DNA from: a virus
Taxonomy: Duplodnaviria; Caudoviricetes
Strand: one strand, 5' to 3'
Length of the DNA: 62,754 nt
IMG/VR virus record: IMGVR_UViG_3300027797_000029
Span: 1-62,754 of that record
Part shown: in pieces, positions 58,501 to 62,754 of the stretch
Numbering within the stretch: the first letter of the stretch is position 1
Layout of the letters: each line of letters opens with the position of its first letter
Translations under genes and position numbers: made by a program
Notes under the pieces: model-generated
What the model was told of the DNA's origin: nothing
Seen by the model: only the letters and a program-made list of their open reading frames with translations
Database searches by the model: none

Positions 58501-59379
58501 CAACCTGACACAGTTATCTATAACTTGTTGGCTTGCCCAGGCTATTTAGAAGCAGCCAGCGCACTTAATGGTTTGAATGCAGACAACGGCTTATCAGCAT
58601 TTATCGTATTAGACACACCAGCCCGCTTGACACCAGATGCTACAAGTTTAAGCAACTGGGGTAACAACGCTGCCGGCGCAGCTATCGATGGCGACGTGGG
58701 ATTGATTGCAACTAGTCCGTACAGTGCTGTTTACTATCCGTGGGGATACACAACTGACTTGAACGGACGCAATATTGTTGTTCCCCCAAGTCACATCATG
58801 TTGCGTACAATTGCGCTGAGCGACAATGTTTCTTATCCATGGTTTGCACCAGCTGGTGTACGTCGTGGTGGCGTATCAAACGCAAGCAGCGTTGGTTATG
58901 TCACAAGCGATTCAGGCGAATTTGTTACAGTGGCATTGAATCAAGGTCAACGCGACACAATGGCCGGCATTCATGTTAATCCAATCACATATCTTGCTGG
59001 AACAGGATTAGTGGTTTACGGACAGAAAACACGTCAACTAGTGGCCAGCAGCTTGGATCGTATCAATGTGGCTCGTTTGGTGATTTATCTACGTTATCAA
59101 TTGAACGTTATTGCTAAACCATATATCTTTGAACCAAACGATACTATCACACGTAACCAAATCAAACAACAGATTGAAAAACTATTGCTTGAGTTAGTTG
59201 GACAACGAGCATTGTATGATTTCTTAGTAGTGTGCGATAATTCAAACAACACACCGTCTAGAATTGATGCAAACGAACTACACGTCGACATAGCCATTGA
59301 GCCAGTAAAAGCTGTGGAATTTATTTACATTCCGTTGCGTTTAGAAAATACTGGCGGCATCGCAGGCTTGAGCACATAA
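55546..59379 (+). CDS. gp18: tail sheath protein (T4 gp18 family) with large insertions
   Basis: LSSPGVSVSVID, YPWFAPAG.RRG, VNPI, LDRINVARL, FEPND..TR, PVKAVEFIYI. Confidence 0.95.
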   Translation: MAQLSSPGVSVSVIDESFYTPAAPGTVPLIIIASEQDKLNAAGTGIAPGTTAANAGKVWLLTSQMDLGNTFGIPYFQTDAEGNPVNAGELNEYGLQAAYSFLGVSNRAYVVRANVDTKQLIGTTNSPSGEPADGTVWLDTAESKFGIFEWNANSATTTGGQTFTSQAVTVITNTSLLIGGTAGNAPLASFGTTGTYALVATSTLNKLYYKKGATDGVLAAGTWVAVGSQQWTASRPTAISTVASPVLTATGVSAASAIIGDGAAVAGSGVIMTVNGTVSGGTLAVGQVLSGGTIVAGTEITAVNTVTITATITTTTLTVSAVSNGTITVGMALSGGSVTAGTYIVAFVSGTNGGQGVYTLNQSASGSPTTGTSYTVSTSQLVATTTVTTGGSVLTISNGTSTVNVSGVATVAALAAAINGGGGVLFGVTAGAAGNILNIYSTGASVTLSGTAATALGFSTSPYLAPTFSASQHYNVPTFGTADNTSTANGYPTGSVWCKTTNVNNGANWVLKQYSTDTSAWVLKPVSLLPNNGTALATLDPTGGGINLSASAAYVKFNDGGFTTNSLADFKIYYRTAAGVTKITSSPVGNSTFTNAAAYSFTISETSLTPGTVDADGYASYLTTPVTVAFTGTGNSQSDANNLVAALQAALVGSVVSAEVNSDFSITITHQRGGDIVFVDGSGAAATLSKLFTAGSTLNYYSNPSGIGTMASLWGTMVGNSAYATPSATPLTTTPLDGALWYDSYLNDVDIMVCNGSRWVGYRSVDTTVGSAVIKGGKSINNPFGTQGDTDPNGPIISASMPKTQSTGTTLANGDLWIYTGDTENYPIIYKWDFANKKWVLIDNTDQVTSAGIVFGDARWSDQSTNGNLGSPFEGTGAPDTIVSLLASNFLDGDAPDPALYPKGTLLWNTRRSGYNVKRYEVGYVDTTEQNPRMGNAAQTYYYPDRWVTAAPNDTFGVGQFGRKAQRAVVLQAIQATIQSNQGIRQPDTVIYNLLACPGYLEAASALNGLNADNGLSAFIVLDTPARLTPDATSLSNWGNNAAGAAIDGDVGLIATSPYSAVYYPWGYTTDLNGRNIVVPPSHIMLRTIALSDNVSYPWFAPAGVRRGGVSNASSVGYVTSDSGEFVTVALNQGQRDTMAGIHVNPITYLAGTGLVVYGQKTRQLVASSLDRINVARLVIYLRYQLNVIAKPYIFEPNDTITRNQIKQQIEKLLLELVGQRALYDFLVVCDNSNNTPSRIDANELHVDIAIEPVKAVEFIYIPLRLENTGGIAGLST

Positions 59380-59393
59380 TTAGGAGAAACTAA

Positions 59394-60023
59394 ATGGCAA
59401 TTGCAGCTCTATCAAACTTTACAGTACCGTTAGCATCAGACCAAAGTGCAAGCTCGCAAGGCTTGTTGATGCCCAAACTAAAATACAGATTTCGTATTTC
59501 GTTTGAAAACTTTGGCGTGTCTGGCGCAGTAACTGAACTGACAAAACAAGTTTCAGAAGCAGCCCGTCCAAGTGTGAAATTTGCGGATCAAAAGATTGAG
59601 ATTTACAATTCAATTATTCACTATGCCGGCAAACCAAGTTGGGATCCTATCTCAATCAAATTACGAGACGATGTTACCAATCAAGTTACAACATTGGTTG
59701 GTGAACAGAATCAAAAGCAATTTGACTTCTTTGAACAAAGCAGTGCAGCTTCAGCAGGTGACTACAAATTCACCATGCGTATTGAAATGTTAGATGGCGG
59801 CAACGGCACTAACACTCCAACTGTGTTGGAAGCATGGGTGTGCTATGGTTGCTACATAGTTTCAACAAACTATACAGATTTGAAATACAGCGAACAAACT
59901 CCTGCAATGATTGATCTAAGCATACAGTTTGACAATGCTGTGCAGTTGAATCCAACTAATGGAATTGGTTCTGGCACCACAGTACAGACATTCCCAGGCG
60001 GAACTACTGTTTTAGGTTCATAA
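59394..60023 (+). CDS. gp19: tail tube protein (T4 gp19 family)
   Basis: Follows sheath; PKLKYRFR, YAGKPSWDPISIKLRDD. Confidence 0.85.
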   Translation: MAIAALSNFTVPLASDQSASSQGLLMPKLKYRFRISFENFGVSGAVTELTKQVSEAARPSVKFADQKIEIYNSIIHYAGKPSWDPISIKLRDDVTNQVTTLVGEQNQKQFDFFEQSSAASAGDYKFTMRIEMLDGGNGTNTPTVLEAWVCYGCYIVSTNYTDLKYSEQTPAMIDLSIQFDNAVQLNPTNGIGSGTTVQTFPGGTTVLGS

Positions 60024-60027
60024 TACA

Positions 60028-60049
60028 AAAACCCACTTCGGTGGGTTTT
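60028..60049 (+). terminator. rho-independent terminator
   Basis: AAAACCCAC-TTCG-GTGGGTTTT. Confidence 0.85.
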
Positions 60050-60099
60050 ATTATGATTGTTAGTTAAGTGCGTACATTATTTTTTCGATAAATAAAGTT

Positions 60100-61356
60100 A
60101 TGGCCTTCACACCCAACTCTAATCTCACCAGGACCGGTTCCACAATTTTTCGGGACTATGCTCATGCTGCCAATTTGTTCAATGTTGATCAGTTTAGACT
60201 TGCTCCTAAGTTTAATTTTCAATTTCACGTGTCGTTTGGTATCAATACAAAAAATTCTAAACTGGTATCGTCATACGGCCAAGAAATCAACATGTTGGTT
60301 AAAAGTATCGATTTACCTAATTTTGCAATAGTGACAGAAACATTGAATCAGTACAACAGAAAAAAGATTGTGCAGTATCGTGTGAATTACCAAGAAATTG
60401 GAGCCAAGTTTCACGATGATAACATGGGATTGATTAATCAGTTGTGGCAAGAATATTTTTCTTATTACTATGCTGACAGTAACACAGCAACTATTCCAGG
60501 TGCATATGCCAGAAATGCCACCAAAGCATACAGCACCATACCATCTGTGTACGGATACGATGCAGGCAGTACTGACCCATTTTTCAACTACATTAAAATA
60601 TATCAAATGGCCCGCCACGAGTATGTGTGCTACCACTTGTATAACCCAGTTATAACCAGTTGGAACCACAATAAATTAGATTATAGTCAAAATTCAATGC
60701 ATGACTTTGACATGAAGTTCAGTTATGAATCAGTCAGCTACAGTGTTGGCAATGTTGGCCAAGATGCTCCGGAAGGATTTGGCGACACACATTACGACAA
60801 TACACCCAGTCCGTTAAAGGGTAGTAGACCCAACGGTGTAACATCACCCAGTTTTGTGTCCAGTGGCGGCGCAGGTGCCGGCGGCATACTGTCTAACACC
60901 ATCGCACAAGTTAACACTTATCAAAACACACAATTATCCAGTAAACCTGTTAGTAGATTGGCATCTGGACTTGCTAGGGGACTCGGAGTGGTAGGAGTAT
61001 TAGGCGCGGCCAGTAGCTTAGTTAGTGGACTATCAGGATTTAGTTTTCCAAGTTTTGGTAGCAAGAACACCGATGATGTAGCAAATCCAGGAGCAAGCGG
61101 AACAGCAAGTGAAATAGAAGGCGACAATCCTCAAGAGTCATTAGACGATTCGGGTTCCTTATTAAGTAATCCAGAAGGATTTGAAGAAGATCCAGCTGTA
61201 GAAGCGCAAGAAGTTGACACTGGAGCAGATACTTATGATTATGAAACAGATTTTAGAACAGAAGATGCAGGTGGATTTGAAGATGCAGGTGGATTTGAAG
61301 ATGCAGGTGGATTTGAAGAATTTGGCGGATCTGACGACGAGGGACCAGGTTGGTAA
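60100..61356 (+). CDS. tube-fold baseplate/tube initiator (gp54/gp48-like) with acidic tail
   Basis: LVKSIDLP...NQYNRK...FHDDN tube-fold motifs; D/E-rich C-terminus. Confidence 0.65.
   Translation: MAFTPNSNLTRTGSTIFRDYAHAANLFNVDQFRLAPKFNFQFHVSFGINTKNSKLVSSYGQEINMLVKSIDLPNFAIVTETLNQYNRKKIVQYRVNYQEIGAKFHDDNMGLINQLWQEYFSYYYADSNTATIPGAYARNATKAYSTIPSVYGYDAGSTDPFFNYIKIYQMARHEYVCYHLYNPVITSWNHNKLDYSQNSMHDFDMKFSYESVSYSVGNVGQDAPEGFGDTHYDNTPSPLKGSRPNGVTSPSFVSSGGAGAGGILSNTIAQVNTYQNTQLSSKPVSRLASGLARGLGVVGVLGAASSLVSGLSGFSFPSFGSKNTDDVANPGASGTASEIEGDNPQESLDDSGSLLSNPEGFEEDPAVEAQEVDTGADTYDYETDFRTEDAGGFEDAGGFEDAGGFEEFGGSDDEGPGW
61261..61314 (+). repeat. 18-bp tandem repeat x3 (EDAGGF)
   Basis: GAAGATGCAGGTGGATTT in three exact copies. 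Confidence 0.95.
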
Positions 61357-61358
61357 TC

Positions 61359-61727
61359 ATGAGCGCATTTAATTTACCCTCAACAAAACAAACTGGTCCT
61401 ATCAATGTAAAAACATTCTTTGGAGCCAACTTGGCAAATTCATACAGTTTTCCTGCCGGAGAAATTGATGCCACCGTTGCATTTTTTACCAAACGTGGAT
61501 TTGATAAAGTCAGTGCAAATTCAGTAGCAATTATATTGTTATCACAATCTAGAAAAGAAAATGTAAATGTGTTTACATTAATGGACACATTAAAAGTTCT
61601 CACAGATATACAATTGACTCAAGTGGTAGCCCAGGTACTGAACGCCAGCAGAGACAGTACCAGCGTGTTGGGATATAGAACTGCAACAGTTACTAACACA
61701 TACGAAGCACGTAACATTTTAATCTAA
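61359..61727 (+). CDS. hypothetical protein
   Basis: ORF between the tube initiator and gp4; ATG 61359 preferred over GTA-containing upstream extension. Confidence 0.65.
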   Translation: MSAFNLPSTKQTGPINVKTFFGANLANSYSFPAGEIDATVAFFTKRGFDKVSANSVAIILLSQSRKENVNVFTLMDTLKVLTDIQLTQVVAQVLNASRDSTSVLGYRTATVTNTYEARNILI

Positions 61728-61728
61728 A

Positions 61729-62157
61729 ATGGCAAAATTCGCACGAGGCAAGTTTGTAATTAAACATCCCGAAAAATATGTTGGTACTAAAATTCCAACA
61801 TACAGAAGCAGCTGGGAATGGAGTTTCATGAACTTCTGTGACAATAATCCCAGCATAATAAAGTGGGCCAGTGAAGCTATACAAATTCCTTATAGAGACC
61901 CACTAACTGAACGCCAAACTGTGTATGTGCCAGATTTCTTCATACAATATGTTGATAAAAAGAACAGAATATTAACTGAGCTGATTGAAATTAAACCAGC
62001 AAGTCAAACAATTCTTGAGCGTGTGGGCAAGAACAAATACAATCAAGCACAGTTTGTTAAAAATCAAGCCAAATGGAAAGCAGCCACACTTTGGTGCGGG
62101 CAACAGGGCATAAAATTCCGAATTCTCAATGAAAATGATATATTCAGTCAGATGTGA
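61729..62157 (+). CDS. gp4: head completion nuclease (T4 gp4/TnsA-like)
   Basis: PEKYVG...YRSSWE...WASE...YVPDF...IEIKP...KWKAA...F.ILNE. Confidence 0.9.
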   Translation: MAKFARGKFVIKHPEKYVGTKIPTYRSSWEWSFMNFCDNNPSIIKWASEAIQIPYRDPLTERQTVYVPDFFIQYVDKKNRILTELIEIKPASQTILERVGKNKYNQAQFVKNQAKWKAATLWCGQQGIKFRILNENDIFSQM

Positions 62158-62171
62158 GCATAAGTAAGTAT

Positions 62172-62651
62172 ATGACAAAACGACTAGAAGAATTATTAAA
62201 TTTGCCTGAAAGCAAGAAAATTGTTAAGGACGATGAAAAACGTCAAGCAAAAACAGAAGTTGCTCCGCTACTTCGCAACATCAGCGAATACGATAAAATA
62301 TCAGCAGCATTACCTCAAGTAAAGGGTCTAGGCGATATTGCAGATACTGAGTTGGATGATTTAGCCAAAAAAGCCACTGATGCTTACGATGATTTGATGG
62401 ACCTTGGCATGAATGTGGAAGCACGTTACAGTGCTAGATTATTTGAAGTTGCCGGCACCATGTTGAAAAACGCCATTGATGCAAAAAGTGCAAAATTAGA
62501 CAAAAAACTAAAAATGATAGATCTCCAGTTGAAAAAACAGAAGTTAGACCAAGATGCCAACAACGCAGACGAAGGCATCAACCTCACAGGTGACGGTGTT
62601 ATCATCACAGATCGAAACAGCTTGCTTGAAAAACTAAAGCAAATGAAATAA
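62172..62651 (+). CDS. probable terminase small subunit
   Basis: Helical; ARLFEVAGTMLK resembles the gp16 PRAYEV region; C-terminal TDRNSLL. Confidence 0.55.
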   Translation: MTKRLEELLNLPESKKIVKDDEKRQAKTEVAPLLRNISEYDKISAALPQVKGLGDIADTELDDLAKKATDAYDDLMDLGMNVEARYSARLFEVAGTMLKNAIDAKSAKLDKKLKMIDLQLKKQKLDQDANNADEGINLTGDGVIITDRNSLLEKLKQMK

Positions 62652-62672
62652 ATACAATACTGGGATCATACT

Positions 62673-62754
62673 ATGAAATCATTTAAAGATTATTTGACAG
62701 AAAACAAAAAGATTTACGAATTTAAGGTAAAAATTGTTGGAGATTGTCCAAAAG
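62673..62754 (+). CDS. 5' end of hypothetical late protein (partial)
   Basis: MKSFKDYLTENKK...; TAAATA 62649-62654. Confidence 0.7.
   Translation, partial: MKSFKDYLTENKKIYEFKVKIVGDCPK

Noticed and set aside
61261-61314. CRISPR-like repeat
   Set aside because: No spacers; in-frame 18-bp coding tandem repeat; no cas genes.
1-62754. Stop-codon reassignment
   Set aside because: Core genes are full length in code 11, and TAA, TGA and TAG all terminate genes.

Overview
This is a 62.8-kb segment of a large T4-like (myovirus) phage genome in standard genetic code. It starts with the probable 3' end of the late sigma gene, then gp47/gp46 and a small GIY-YIG nuclease. A ~460-nt densely structured non-coding stretch follows. 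The virion module comes next: gp26, tape-measure-like protein, portal, scaffold, protease, major capsid, ~17 kb of Ser/Thr/Gly-rich tail/fibre genes, neck gp13/14, gp15, sheath, tube, gp4 and a probable small terminase. Embedded among the fibre genes is a ~9-kb island. It holds two Cys-rich polyglycine proteins, a His-rich chaperone-like protein, a sigma70-driven operon (GT9-like glycosyltransferase, NodU/TobZ-type carbamoyltransferase, three nitrilase-family paralogs) and a degenerate GmhB-like HAD gene. The best leads are: (1) this island as a putative virion-decoration system; (2) the large multi-helix, possibly pseudoknotted RNA next to the GIY-YIG gene; (3) a -1 frameshift extending gp26; (4) a collapsed GIY-YIG remnant that took over the gp15 start, leaving an AUC start; (5) apparently leaderless late mRNAs. 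All calls come from reading motifs by eye; no searches or folding programs were run.
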